From Callorhinchus milii (lineage: Eukaryota): 64,000 bases of DNA. The notes beneath the pieces are model-generated. The model did not search any database and was not told the DNA's origin. It saw only the letters and a program-made list of their open reading frames with translations. The stretch covers positions 1,798,001-1,862,000 of the forward strand of contig NW_024704743.1 in assembly GCF_018977255.1 (NCBI RefSeq). The letters are read 5' to 3'. The position numbers were made by a program, and so were the translations under genes. Positions 37,591 to 51,257 of the stretch are shown here, piece after piece. How positions within the stretch are numbered: the first letter of the stretch is position 1; the number at the start of each line of letters is the position of its first letter.

Positions 37591-38354
37591 AAGAGAGAGA
37601 AAGAGAGAACGCACTCTCCGACAGTCTGTCTCTGGGATTTGCAGGTGTAGGTGGTCTGGGGGCTCTAAATAAAGCGCGGTGATGGGTTTCCGTGTGTGTG
37701 TGTGTGTCAGGCGCCCGGCAGACCAGTAAAAAAACACAGTCACGCTTTATCCAGTTGAACAACATCGTGCCCTGTTAGAGCACTCACCTTTTGTTGCACA
37801 ACGGGTCGATTTCTACGTCATCAACAACAACAATATAAATGCAAGTTGTTGTTGTTGTTTTAGGGAGTAGACTTGGACGAGGAGGGGCGCTGGAAGCCAG
37901 CGTAACTGTATAATAACAACCCCTCTGCGTTCGACAAAGTTGACCTATCACCTCGTCGAGACGTCTCAAAGCGCTTCTCGGGATCCATTGCAAAACCGAG
38001 TGAACTCTGCGTCTTGTGGGCGAAACGCGGCAGAAAGAGCCAAAGCCGTTTAAGTCCCGCGGGGAATCGAGCGCCGGCGTTAAATTAGCAATGAACGACG
38101 ATGAATTATGAATGCAATAAATAATAAACACTATGCCGCGATCAAATGCAGAGGGAGAGTAGCTGAATTGCGTGTGGGTTCAAACCCAGGCACCCGGTGT
38201 AACTGCAGCAAATTACATTTCTCTCCTAATCTCCCACTGCCATCAGAGGCCATTGTATTTCAGCCTCTGCTCCCACATCATTGTGACATTTTGCTAAATC
38301 AATCCCAGGGCCTTCACACTGCAGTGGTGACCCCTTTGGAGTTTGGTTGTAATG

Positions 38355-38715
38355 TGGTTGGAGCGTTCGCCTCGCGAGCGAGAGGACCCGGGTTCGGTTC
38401 CCGGGCAGGTCAGGGCGAAACGTGGGGCAAGTTTCCTCACTCCACACAGGCGCCTCTGTTTACCAGCGGTCAGTACAAACCCGGTTGTTACTCGATTGGC
38501 CGATCGCTCTCCGGGAGTAATAGTTCTTTAAAAAAAATAATAATTTGGTCACTCAACCCACGACTGTTTGCGGGGACGCAGCTGCGCGCAATTGGCTGCT
38601 GCGTTTCCCCCACAAAACACAGTCACTACACTCTGCAGTATATCCTTTGAAGCGTTTTGAGACGTCTCGAGGATGTGACAGGGCGCTGTATTAAACACAA
38701 GGATTATTATTATTA
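38355..38715 (+). mobile_element. Same SINE family
   Basis: Head to (ATT)n. Confidence 0.88.
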
Positions 38716-39244
38716 AATAAAGTCCTGACGTGGGGGCTTGACATGACAAGCAAATGACTCAGAGGAGAGAGAGAGAGCCCCACCCTACCACTGAGTCAGG
38801 CTGACACCCGACCGTTTAAAAGCACTGAAAATTTCAGCCCAGTGTTTTATACTTTAATAATATTCAACCCGCGGTTTGAAAAGAAAAGAGAAAAGGAAAG
38901 TAAAATAAAGCCTCGGTTTGTGCTGCTCCTCACGACCGGTGACCTCGAGACTTTCAATGCAATGACTTGTCAGCACTGCGCACACACACACACACACCGC
39001 CATCAACGTTTGGGCAACTGTTGGGGAGTGATGTTTATTGAGAGTCGGGATGACACCATCCCACGAGAAAAACATTTGAACAGATTGAGCTGCTCCTATT
39101 CTTCACACATCACAGCGAGAGGCTGTCACTCCTAATGAGTGTCGCCCTCGCCAACCCCCGAAGAATCATTAGGTCTCGCACAGAGTCAGTGGCATCTTTC
39201 TCCATGTACGGTCTCTGCCCTCTGCCCCGTGTGCAATGAAGCAT

Positions 39245-39601
39245 TAATAACCCTTGCATTTGATGTCAAAGCGCCTTCGAGACATCTCAAAAGCGCTTCA
39301 CAGTAACGCGAACCGCCCGTGTGCTTTGTGGGCGAAGCGCGGCAGCCAATTGCGCACGGCAGAGTCCCCACAGACAGCCGCGGATTGCGAGTGGCCAAAT
39401 TATTATTGTTTTCAACAAGGACTTATTATTCCCCGGGAAAAGCGATCGACTAACAACCGGGTTCCTACACACAGAGGTGTGCGTGTGTGTGTGTGTGTGG
39501 AGTGAGGAAACTTGCCCAATGTCTCGCCCTGACCTGCCTGGGAGTCGAACCCGGGTCCTCTCGCTCGCGAGGCGAGGGCTCTAACCCCTGAGATACAGGA
39601 C
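39245..39601 (-). mobile_element. Same SINE family
   Basis: Reverse complement of head to tail. Confidence 0.86.
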
Positions 39602-39946
39602 ATTGTCGTGCTCCCCTCTTCCCTCCCTCCCTCCCTCCCTCCCCACCATCTCCCTCGCTCGCGCAGCACAGGCATTGGATTGAAGTGTCAGTCCAAATCG
39701 TGGTGAGCTCAAAGTTCGAGGAGGAATACGTGTACTGAACGAGAGTCTCACTTATCATCGAGAGAATAGAATTGAAAAGCAGTTGCTTTTGTAGGTCACA
39801 GCTTAATTGAAACATTTTTTTCTTCACACGCTATTTAAATCTAATGCAAGCAAGTATCGCTTCCACCTTTTGACGTAGCGTGTGTTCCTGCAGCAGCAGC
39901 TAATTTTTACATTGAGCTGGTTTAATCTGTCGCTTGAAAGTTGCTG

Positions 39947-40272
39947 AATAATAATAATAATAATCCTTGCATTTGATATAGCGCTGTTCACGTCAGGAGG
40001 ACGTCCCAAAGCGCTTCACAGAACACACTGTAAAGTGAATTGACTGTATATTTGTGGGCGAACGCGGCGGCCAATTGCGCACAGCAATGTCCCACAAACA
40101 GTCGTAGATTGAAAATGACCAATTTATTATTGTTTTTGGTTTTTGGAGGGATTGTTATTAGGCTCTGTGTGGAGTAAGGAAACTTGCCCAAGGTTTCGCC
40201 CTCTGCCTGGAATTGAACTCAGGTCTCTCACTTGCAAAGCGAGTGCTCTAACCACTGAGCTACAGGACTCCA
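39947..40272 (-). mobile_element. Same SINE family, carrying an L2-type tail loop
   Basis: Tail reads ttgggacgtcctcctgacgtgaa on the minus strand. Confidence 0.85.
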
Positions 40273-40414
40273 CTCCAGAATGTTCCAACGGTTCAGCAAA
40301 AAAAAAATGACACGATTGCAGTTTTCGGGGTTTCTGAAACCTCTCACCTGACAATTTGGGGGTCCGGTGGGTCAGGAAATATCGGACAAAACGTCAACAA
40401 CGACAAGCAGTCGG

Positions 40415-40851
40415 TAATAATAATAATACTCCCGGCATTCGATACAGCGCCTTATCACATCTTCGAGACGTCTCAAAGCGCTTCACAGGATACACTGTAA
40501 AGTGAATTAACTGTGTGTTTTGTGGGCCGAACGCGGCAGCCGATTGCGCGCAGCAGCGTCCCCACAAACAGCCGCGGGTTGAGTGACCTGTTTATTTCTT
40601 TATTTTGAAGTGATCATTCCCCCCGGAAAAGCGATCCACCAATCGACTAACAACCGGGTTCCTACTGACTGCCGGTGAACAGAGGCGCGTGTGTGTGTGT
40701 GTGTGCGTGTGGAGTGAGGAAACTTATAATAATAATAATAATAATATTAATAATAACTTGCCCAATGTCTCGCCCTGACCTGCCCGGGAATCGATCCCGG
40801 GCCCTCTCGCTCGGGAGGCGAGTGCTCTAACCCCTGAGCTACAGAACTCCA
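40415..40851 (-). mobile_element. Same SINE family, full length with internal (TAA)n insertion
   Basis: Complete reverse complement copy; insertion at 40721-40759. Confidence 0.9.
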
Positions 40852-42127
40852 CATATATTTTACCCTTTGTGTTGGGTAGTAATAATAATAATACTAATAC
40901 TCTCCCCGCCCTCCCCACCACCAGCTCGGGTGCAGATCCCTGACTGTCCAGCGTCTTGGGACGTGCTCCTGACGTGTGAGGGGCTATCACAAATGCAAGG
41001 ATTATTATTATTATTATTATACACACTATTATAAGGTGTTGTTGTTGTTGTTGCCCTGGAGAGTCAGCTTAGACAACATGATTCCAAGTGCCGACGTGTG
41101 GGGGATGGGATTTGGGGGCTTGAACCCACAACCTTCAGAGAGGCGCGAGAGAGAGAGAGAGAGAGACAGAGAGAGAACGCTACCCACTGAGCCAGTCTGA
41201 CTGGCAGAAGGTTCTTGTGTTTGTGGCAGTTGTGGAGGAGACGGGATGGAGGGCGGGAGCCACAGGGAAGCTGTCAAACCCGCCGAGCAGCCAAAGCCGT
41301 CAGCGTCTGCCAGGAACAAGCGGACGATCTCGTACACAAAGAGACAAAAATGCGTCCGAGCCTCGCTGGCCAGGCGGGGGGCGCGATTAAGTTTCCGGTT
41401 AATTTAGGCCAGCATCTGGACGGAGGTTTTCCAGAGCGCTGACGGGGATCGAGGGGCGAGACGGCAGAGAGGCCCCGGCCCTCGAAACCCAAAGGTTTTT
41501 TCTGTTGCTCGTTTTGAAGGTGGCTCTTCCAAAACCGTCCCTTTCCGCCAATCTGGATTTGAACTGACGGGGGCTGCCGTGTTTCGCCCGCGAAATACGC
41601 TGTCTCTCCACTTTATGGTGTGTTCTGTGAAGCGCTTCGAGGGTTCTTCGGGGACGCGATGGAGGCCCTGTGTCAAATCTTAAGCATCGTTGCCTTCGAG
41701 ACGTCTCAAAAGCGACTTCGCGGACTACACCGCAAAGTGGAGGGGAACGGAGGGGACGTGCTGTTTTTCTGCGGGGCGGAACGCGGCAGCCAGTTGCGCT
41801 CAGCGGAGTCGTGGAGCGATTGTATTATGACTCGCGGCGGTGAACCCAACAGCCAGTTCGGCACAGCACCGCAAACTCCATCTCGCGCCTTCCCCCCGCA
41901 TCGCAGCGGCTCGAAGCAAAACCCCGGGCGCAGTTCTGGCTGCCGCGTTTCGCCCGCGGAACACGCACTTGGCGGTGTATCCCACGAAGCGCTTCGAGAC
42001 GGGATCAGGCCCCGCACCATCATTATTATTCTTCCGTCATCCTTGGGTTCCGGTAATGCACTAAAATCCCGGATTAGTAATGCCGATCCTCGCCCCCTTT
42101 CTTGGACCAACCTTGGACCAGCTGAGA

Positions 42128-42373
42128 ATTGGCCGCCCGCAAACAGTCGTGGATTGAGTGACCACATTTTTTATTAGGGTATCGTTATCCCCGGAAATGA
42201 TAACTAACAACCGGGTTCCTACTGACTGCCGGTAAACAGAGGCGCGCGTGTGTGTGTGTGTGTGTGTGGAGTGAGGAAACTTGCCCAATGTCTCGCCCTG
42301 ACCTGCCCGGGAATCGAACCCGGGTCCTCTCGCTCGCGAGGCGAGGGCTCTGACCCCTGAGCTACAGGACTCC
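42128..42373 (-). mobile_element. Same SINE family, intact head
   Basis: tRNA-like head at 42299-42370. Confidence 0.88.
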
Positions 42374-43279
42374 ACAGAACTGAGGCATCGGCCGGGTCTA
42401 TGATTAAACAGAAACACGTCCGATAGAAAAGCTGTCATTTTTCCAGCTCTGCTCCCATCTGTGTCACAGAGAGCTTGAACCTCAGAGAGACAGAAACAGA
42501 GACAGAGAGAGAGATGTCCTTACTCAGAGATTGCAAGGGACTAGCAGTTCAGCTGTTTTTTTTTCCCTCATTACCCATAAATAAATCAGCTCGGACTGAA
42601 TCTTGTCACCAATGCTATATTTAGGTTTAATTGGTTGTTTTTTGTGCCGAGGCTCCTGGCGAGGAGAATTCGTTTCAGAGGGTTTATATATATATATCTG
42701 CTTCTGACATTTAAACAGGGATGTCTTTGGTGACTGCTTGGTAACTTTGAGCGAGCGGGAGAGATGATGCTGTGCTTCTGAGTTGCCCGGTTCCTCTGTG
42801 TGACGAGAGCTGTTTTAATGAGCGTGTGTTCTGTTGAACTCCCCTCTGGAGCGGGGGAACAGAGCTGTATAAAACACACCGCGAGGGTCTGGGAACCGCG
42901 AGCTCCTCTTTAATTACTCGGAGCTCCTCTGCTTTTTTTTCCTCCCCGGCCTGAAGCGTGTAAATGTTTATCCTCACTGACAGCGCACGGTTTGGTAAAC
43001 TCTGGCTTTGCGCCGTTCGTCTGACGGCAAGCTGACTATTATTGTTAGGTTATACTCTCCTGATCAAACAGTTCCTCAACACGCACGCATACACACACAC
43101 ACACACGCTCACACGCACACACACCACACGCACACATACACAAAACATATTCAGACCATACATAGTGAGATGCAGGAACAGGATTCATCGGCAGGACCTG
43201 GAAGGGCCGACCAGTCACTGGGGGGCAGGGAATCCTCCCCCTCAGCCCCTGGTAACCCTATAGCCAAAGCCCTGACTGA

Positions 43280-43323
43280 TTAACTAACTAACTAACTGAC
43301 TGATGACTAACTAACTAACTAAC
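43280..43323 (+). repeat. (TAAC)n-like microsatellite
   Basis: taactaactaactaactgactgatgactaactaactaact. Confidence 0.8.
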
Positions 43324-44424
43324 GGGGAGAGTGGGGTCCTAGCTGGACAAGCAGCGGGAAAGTTTGGCCAGACAGTGATATCAATGACCAAGCCACGTGT
43401 GAGTTTGGCTGGTTAGACTCCAGCAATTACCCCATAGCACCCTCTGGGCTTCCTCCCCCCACCCCAAACCTTGTGGGGAAACTCTTGACTGCCAACAATA
43501 GGACCAGGTCCCACACAGCGCTGCCCTCAGGGACACTGAGGGCGAAACACGGCAGCCAATTGCGCACAGCAGTTTTGTGTGTGTGTGTGTGTGGAGTGAG
43601 GAAACTTGCCCAAGGTCTCGCCCTGACCTGCCGGGAATCGAACCCGGGTCCTCTCGCTCGCGAGGCGAGGGCTGTAACCCCTGAATAGTTGATGTTGTTG
43701 TTGTTGTTGTCGTCGTTGTTGTCTTAGTTACTATAACCTCCAGGAGCTAAGTCAGTTCAGGATGAGAAACGCAGGGACATTGCTTTCCTGCCCAGCTCCC
43801 CGCAGGCTACTCTGTCGGCACCGTAGGCTTCAGACAATTCTACGCAGAGATTTACAGGCTATTGATGCACATTCAGAGGTTGCGTTCAAGGTCAAAGGCT
43901 CTGTCACAGCAGTTGATGTCTTTTGAAACCGCGAATAGCAGAAACACAGAACAGCGGCTTAAAGGTGAAGAACATCAGTCGGGGGCATGTTTACTGTGAA
44001 GCGCTTTGAGACGTGTCGAAGACATGATTAGTGGCTATATCAAATGCAAGGATTATTATTATTATTATTATTATCATTGTGTCCGGTGTTGGTTAGCCCA
44101 CTCTAGGAAAGATATTAAGGCGATAGAGATAATAAAAATAATAATAATTCTTGCGTTTGATGTAACGTGAGTGCTGGCAATCTCTTAGCTCTTTTTCTCA
44201 GTACAGAAAAGGTCCATCATATCTGCCAACATTTACTCCACATCGTTTTGTTTATTAATACCATTTTCCAGCAATTTCCCCCAAACTTTAATCTTTTTTT
44301 TATGTCGTTACTCAGGTACTTAACCATTTTTGAAGGATTCCATTGATATTGATATAGTTCCAGCTTCAAAAGTCTCTTTCGGTGATTAATCCCACACACT
44401 GTAGATCCTCCTAGTGAAGATGTT

Positions 44425-44827
44425 ATAATATAATAATATTAATAATAATAATTGCATTTAACATAGCTCCTTATCACGTCTTCGAGACGTCGCAAAGCGC
44501 TTCACAGGACACACTGTAAAGTGGATTGACTGTGTATTTTGTGGGCGAAACGCGGCCGCCAATTGCACACAGCAGCGTTCCCCACAAACAGTCGCGGGTT
44601 GAGTGACCAATTATTATTTATTTTGAAGAAAAGCGATCCGCCAATCGACTAACAACCGGGTTCCTACTGACTGCTGGTAATCAGAGGCGCGAGCGTGTGT
44701 GTGTGTGTGTGTGTGTGTGTGGTGTGGAGTAAGGAAACTTGCCCAACCTTTGGCCCTGCCCGGGAATTGAACCCAAGTCCTCTCACTTGCGAGGCGAGTG
44801 CTCTAACCCCTGAGCTACAGGACTCCA
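44425..44827 (-). mobile_element. Same SINE family, full length
   Basis: Tail to head on the minus strand. Confidence 0.9.
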
Positions 44828-44829
44828 CA

Positions 44830-45010
44830 AGCTTTACTCAGAGAATAATCGACGACTGGGACAGGCGGCCAGGAAAGGTGGTTGAGGCCGGGACATTGGG
44901 ATGCGTTTAAAAAGCAGCTTGATGGTGTGATGTGGGACGATAGGATGGCTGTTCTGGAGGGACCAGATCAGTTGGGCTAAAGGTCCATCTTCGACCAAAC
45001 CCAATCTTCT
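44830..45010 (+). mobile_element. Degraded CR1 3' fragment
   Basis: FTQRIIDDWDRRPGKVVEAGTL motif followed by a CR1-like tail. Confidence 0.7.
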
Positions 45011-46136
45011 GATATTGTGATCTGCTGGGGGAATTGGCTGCCTCGTTTCTCCCACAAGATACACAGCCAATCTACTTTCCAATATGTCCTGTGAAGTGTT
45101 TTTGACCTGTCTCGACGTCTATATCAAATGCAAGGATTATTATTATTATGATTATTAGCGTTCCTGCAGTAAGCTTGGTTTAATATCGAGGTTAAAGGCT
45201 GCTTTCACCGGCAGGAGGACAACAAAGCTCTCCTGCAAACGCAGGTTACAAACTCAATCTCAAAGTCATGATCTATGGTCTCATTCCAGCACAGCCATTT
45301 CCTTGTATTAACTATTAATCAGTGTAAAGCAGTCGATGATATATCCATCCTTCCCTTAAGTGATCGGTCCTAGAGACTAATGGAGAATCTTACACAGTAT
45401 AGTGTGGCTTCAATTCCCAAAGGGACTTGGAGCTCATAATCCAGTCTGGCACTCCTCAACGAATTGTCTGAGGCATTGAACTGCGTGTCGGTTTGGCTGT
45501 TCAGACGGACATTAAAGATTCCCTTTGCACCTTTCGAAAGAAGAAGGGAGTTTCTCCCGGTATCCTGGCCGACAAACACAGATCGGGGTTAAAAAGTCAG
45601 CCACTCGGGTCTTGGCTGTTCGTGGGCCATTGCCGGGCGCAAGAAAATCGGCTACGAAATACGCAATCACTACACTTCACCGTGAAAACCCTGTGAGGTG
45701 CTTTGAGGCCATCGATGCAACAGGGTGATGAAGTCCTGCGTCAAATGCAATAATTATGAATATCATTGTGACTTCATTCCGAAACAGTCAGAAGCGGTTC
45801 TCCATTGTTTTGCATTGAGGAGCCTGAAGAAGCCAACCAGCTGTTCAAATATTGGCTTCTAATTAACTTATCTTAAATTAACAAATATAGTTTAAACATA
45901 AGGTAAAACTGGAGGCATTAAGGCACAGATTAAGGCCATGAATTTTTATGCAGTCCTTATACATACCGAGCACCGCTGGCCGTTCTCGAAAAGCTAAAGG
46001 ACTTGATACTATTTCTACTTAATTCCATGCGGTAGCTTCCTGGTGGTTTTAACAGAGATGTGCGTGATCGAGCCTTGTTTTTAATTGCTAATGGTTGGAG
46101 CCTGGCATATATGTTAATTGTTTGTTTCTTTATTGT

Positions 46137-46550
46137 GGAGTCCCTGTATCTCAGCGGTTAGAGCCCTCACCTCGTGAGCGAGAGGACCCGGGTTCGATTC
46201 CCGGGCAGGTCAGGGCGTAACGTTGGGCAAGTTTCCTCACTCCACACACACACACACGCACACACACACGCGCCTCTGTTTACCGGCAGTCAGTAGGAAC
46301 CCGGTTGGTAGTCGATCGGCGGATGGCTTTTCCGGGGATAATAATTCCTTCAAAACAAAAAAATAATAATAAATCAATCACTCAACCCGCGGCTGTTTGT
46401 GGAGGACGCTGCTGTGTGCGTTGGCTGCCGCGTTTCGTCCACAAAATACACGGACAATTCGCTTTACAGAGTGTCCTGTGAAGCGCTTTGAGACGTCTCG
46501 AAGACGCGATAAGGCGCTGTATCCAATGCAAGGATTATTACTATTATTAA
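46137..46550 (+). mobile_element. Same SINE family, full length
   Basis: Head to tail. Confidence 0.92.
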
Positions 46551-48459
46551 TATTGAGAGCACTGCCTGACAAGGTCCTCGTGCTTATCCAGCTGGGACCA
46601 CACTACCTATCAAGGATTTGAGTTAACCAGAGCCAACAGGAGTGGAAATAAATAGATGGGTTCATGTGAAAGACAATCACCGGGGTTTGAGTTATAATAA
46701 TAATTATCATAATTATAATAATCCTCGTGGTGTTTGACATAATAGCGCCTTATCGTGTCTTCAGGACGTCTCAATGACCTGTTTCAGCGCTGATACATTT
46801 TAGTCCTTCTCTGAACTGTGTGTGTGTGTAAAATAACAGCTCTGTGTGTGGATTCGAGGAGCTGATGTCCATCTCCTCTCTCTGGAATCAAACTCAACCG
46901 TGAAGGGAAATGTGAAATTTACAACATACAGTGTGACATAAAAGAGTAGCCAAACCATTGCCTTGTTCATCCTCCTCCCCCCACCACCACCGGCACTCAG
47001 TTTAATTATGGTCAGCCGTGCGGCTGATACACTTGGCAGTGTACCCATCTTCGTGCTTCAACAGAGACCAAACCAGACTGAGACCTTCGTCTATGTGTGT
47101 TTACCCTTTAAATAAATCCATTTTTTAAAAAAATACACATATATAGATATAAATTCAAATATATATCAATATAAATACATTTCGCCCACAAAACATACAG
47201 TCAATTCACTTTACAGCATATTCTGTGAAGGGCTTTGAGACGTTTGGCCAACGAGATCAGGTTTTATATTGATAGTGCAAGGGTTATTATTGACAATGAT
47301 AATAACATGAATAATAATAATATTATTAATATTGCTGATGATAATAATAATCATAATAAGCACTGCAGACCAGTCACCTCCTTGGTGACCATGATATAAC
47401 CTCCGACTCGCTGCTTTTTTTGGCGCGTTTTGGGGGAAACGGGATTAAATTCCGCTTCCGAGACAGGTTTTCAGGGATTTGCTGGTCAGCAGCCTTAAGT
47501 GACAGTTCTCCCTTGTGTTGCCGCAACACAGCGCAGGTCTCTGTCAAAGCGCTCGCTGTGACCTTGTCGACTGCAGCAGCTGAAACCTGGAACACAGACC
47601 CTTCATCGGCCGGTAATGGATTATTGACCAACAGTTTGTTCTCTTGTTTTGGGACCGAGGAATAGGAACTCACGCACCGAATGCTCCACTCGTTTGTGGG
47701 GACCTCGCTGTGCGCGCAATCCGCTGCCACGTTTCCCCCGCAAAACGCTTTCCTGCGAAGCGCTTTGAGCGCTCTGGAAGGCTCCATAAGTAATAAGTAT
47801 TATTAATGGTGTGCCTGGAGATTAAAACACTCAATCTTCGTTTCGAGCTGGCGAGAGCAAGGAACGTTACATTGTGAGGGGTGAGATGTTAAACCAACAA
47901 AACAGGCAGATCCTCCCCAGAACGGCCCTGACAAGTCGGCCTAGACTTCTGCGAGTCAAAGACTTGAGTCGGGGGCTCGAACCCACAACCTCCTGACGCA
48001 GAGGTGAGAGTGTTACCCCCGGAGCCGGGCTGACCTGCCCCATTTTAATTTTAATTCTAATGGCGCTTCGCTAAAGGCTCTCCCCCACTCTCCCTCAAAT
48101 GCCAGGATTGTTATTATTTTTAGTACGATTGTTGACTGCTGCACATTCTTCATTAAACTTCATGCTGAGGCCGGAGCTGCAGCGTTGTCAGCGAAGCAAT
48201 CTGTCACAAGCTCACCATCCTAACACCGGAAAACATCGTGAAGACCTTTATCTAAATGCCAGTCTTACTGTGAATTAATCACTTGAATTTCGCACACAAA
48301 GCAGTGAATCGAGAGCTGCAACTGTATATTGCTCAATTAACAAACCTTATGTAAGCTGCAAGCAGCGCTCTGAGAACAGCTGTGGAAACAGAGTGGTTTG
48401 AGACGTCCTCCTGATGTGAACCCTATACGAATACAATGCAATGCAATTTATAGCGTATA

Positions 48460-48817
48460 ATCCTGGAGCTCAGGGGTTAGAGCCCTCGCCTCGCGAGCGA
48501 GAGGACCCGGGTTCGATTCCCGGGCAGATCAGGCTGAAACATTGGGCAAGTCTCCTCACTCCACACACACACACACACACACACACTCCCGCCTCTGTTT
48601 ACCGGCTGTCAGTAGGAACCTGGTTGTTCATCGCTTTTCCGGGGGTAATAATCCCTTCAAAATAAATAATAATAATTTGGGGACGCTGCTGTGCGCAATT
48701 GGCTGCTGTGTTTCCCCTACAAAATACACAGTCAATTCACTTTACAGTGTATCCTGTGAAGCGCTTTGAGACATCTGGAAGACGTGATAAGGCGAGGATT
48801 ATTATTATTATTATTTA
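48460..48817 (+). mobile_element. Same SINE family
   Basis: Head to tail with small deletions. Confidence 0.88.
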
Positions 48818-50199
48818 TGTAGCAGGTCGCAGGGGATAGGGTGAGTGATTTGAAAGCAAAGGGTCGCTGTTGTGAGCGTTTGCAATGTTGAATATTGCTG
48901 ACGTTACACAAGATGAAACGGGTGTCAGTCAGCCTCAGTTGGCAGCACTCTTCCCTCCTCTGATTCGGAAGATTGTGGGCTCGAGCTGGGTTTCCGTCGC
49001 CGTATAAATGTAAATTTCTATTGCATTGTACCGGCTTTGCTCAGCTTTCTATTGAGTAGACTGGCAAGCTCCCAACTACTGGGCCAGATAGCGCTCGCTG
49101 CCTGTTGATCAGGAGATCACACGTTTGGCTAACGCCTGAAGAAGATTCCCATTAACCCATTGATATGACAATCCCTTGCATTTGATATAGCGCCTCACCG
49201 CGTCTCACAGAATAGACTGCAAAGTGAATTGACCATCGAGTTTGTGGGAGAAACGCGGCAGCCGATTGCGCACAGCAGCGTCCGCGCAAACAGGCGCGGA
49301 TTGGAGAGACCAAACTACCGTTGTCATTTTTTATTCGAGGGAATCATTACCCCCAGGAAAAGCGATCCGACAATCGACCCACATCCTTCGACACTGCAGC
49401 GCATTCCCCCACCCCCACCCACACACCCCAACAAAAGTTCTGACGCGGGGACTTGTACCCACAACCTTCTTTCTGACTCTCATCTGACCAGCTGAGCCAG
49501 AGCTGAGACCTGAAGCCAGTAGCCTCAGGGGGCAAATGGGGCAACGAAAGGCGGCAGAAAACAACTTTAATAAATTTTATCGATCGACGACTTGACGTGC
49601 GAATCATGTAATCATTTCGCTGGGAGTTGAGAGTCAGTCCCATTTGGCGGTTGTGGCTCCCGAGTGAAAGTGGGTCAATTTAAATTCTCTGTTGCACGTC
49701 AGCCGGACTGTCAAAATGACATTCCTGATCAATAAAAAGTAATTCCAGTTGCTTGTAAACAAACAGTTTTGTGAGCTCCGCTGTAACTTACTCCTCCGTA
49801 TTGCGCAATAAAACGGGCGGACCTCGTTGAAGGACTTCGCTTTTCCGGCCGGGACTAAAAACCAAAATGGAGTTTAATTTTGAGGCTTAATCGTGACCTT
49901 AATGATCCTCTGTGTCCTCTCACAGCGCCTTGCGCTTTGACACACAGTCAGGCTCCAAGCGCTTCACTGCCAGGAGTAGTGACTGTGCCTTTTGCTGTGA
50001 CCGTATCCCGCAAGGCTCGGTACGTTTGCTCCAGTGCCTTTCCCTCGAGGAGCCGATCAGATACAGCTCCTCCTCGTGTCATCGAGACGCCTCAAAGCGC
50101 TTCGCAGAATGTACTGACTGTGTGTTTCGTGGGCGAAAGGCGGCAGCCAATTCTGTTGCTGTCGCGAGGACTATTATGTTGGTTTAAACCCCGATGATA

Positions 50200-50237
<38 letters not shown>

Positions 50238-50654
50238 CGTTACATTCGATGCGGTGCCTTTCACGTCGAGAGAGTGTCCCGAAGTGCTTCCCTAGAGCGT
50301 AAGTGACTGCGTATTGTGCAGGAGAAAGATCCGAAGTGTTTCACTGCTCCTTTGCCAATCCCGGGGAACGTGTAAAGCTAATATTGAAATCAATTATTTT
50401 ATGAAGCACACACTCTTCCAATTCATTACTTTTTATCAGGATACGTATCAGAACAAACCTCTAATAAGTATCCATAGCTTTGCTGATATTTGCTCGTTAC
50501 ACTTCTATTTGGACAACTCAACCTTGACTGTCGCCTTCTAATCATGTGTGAAATTGGCTGCTGCATAATTTACCATCGCTTTCTGAAGCGTCAGTAATTT
50601 TTTTGGGGGGGGCTGGTCGCTCTCTGTAAAGGATGCAGAGTCATCAGGATTTGC

Positions 50655-50775
50655 ACCGATTAGGAACCAGGAGAAGGCCGTTCGGCCCCTCGAGTCTCCT
50701 CCGCCGGTTTACTGGATCACGGGCACAATCTTTCAATCTTTTAATCCCATTTCCCTGCCTTTTCTTCACGCCTCC
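50655..50775 (-). mobile_element. CR1 3' tail fragment
   Basis: aggagaaggccgttcggcccctcgag is the reverse complement of the tail at 51220-51255. Confidence 0.7.
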
Positions 50776-51084
50776 TTACACGTTTGACGGGGCATCTGTC
50801 GCGGACAATCCGGGCATCTGTCACGGCGCCTCGTCACGCCTTCGAGACCGTCTCAAAGAGATTCGCGGCATAGACCGTAAAGTGTAGTGACTGGGTATTT
50901 TGTGGGCCAAACGCGGCAGCCGAATTGCGCCCAGCAGCGTCCAGTCTTTTGTTGAATGCCACACTCCCGCCGTTCTCTCCCTCCCGCTCTGTGAAAACAT
51001 TTTTCCCACTCGTGCTCTGCATGAAAACGTAAGGGTCACTCTCTGTGATTATTTAACCGCTAATAAGTAACCGCAGACCGAGGC

Positions 51085-51257
51085 CGGTAGATATTTGCAG
51101 GGTCAGGGTCAGGCTACTAAGGGGTAGATATTTACTGGGTATTAAAGGATACGAGGCAAAGGCGGGTAATTGGACTTGAGGTACAGATCAGCCATGATCT
51201 TATAGTAGGCCGGGACAGCCTCGAGGGGCTGAATGGCCTCCTCCTGTTCCTATGTTT
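51085..51257 (+). mobile_element. CR1 (HER1/HE1-like) 3' end
   Basis: ...gaggtacagatcagccatgatct...gaggggctgaatggcctcctcctgttcctatg tail; a similar copy ends near 52540. Confidence 0.85.
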
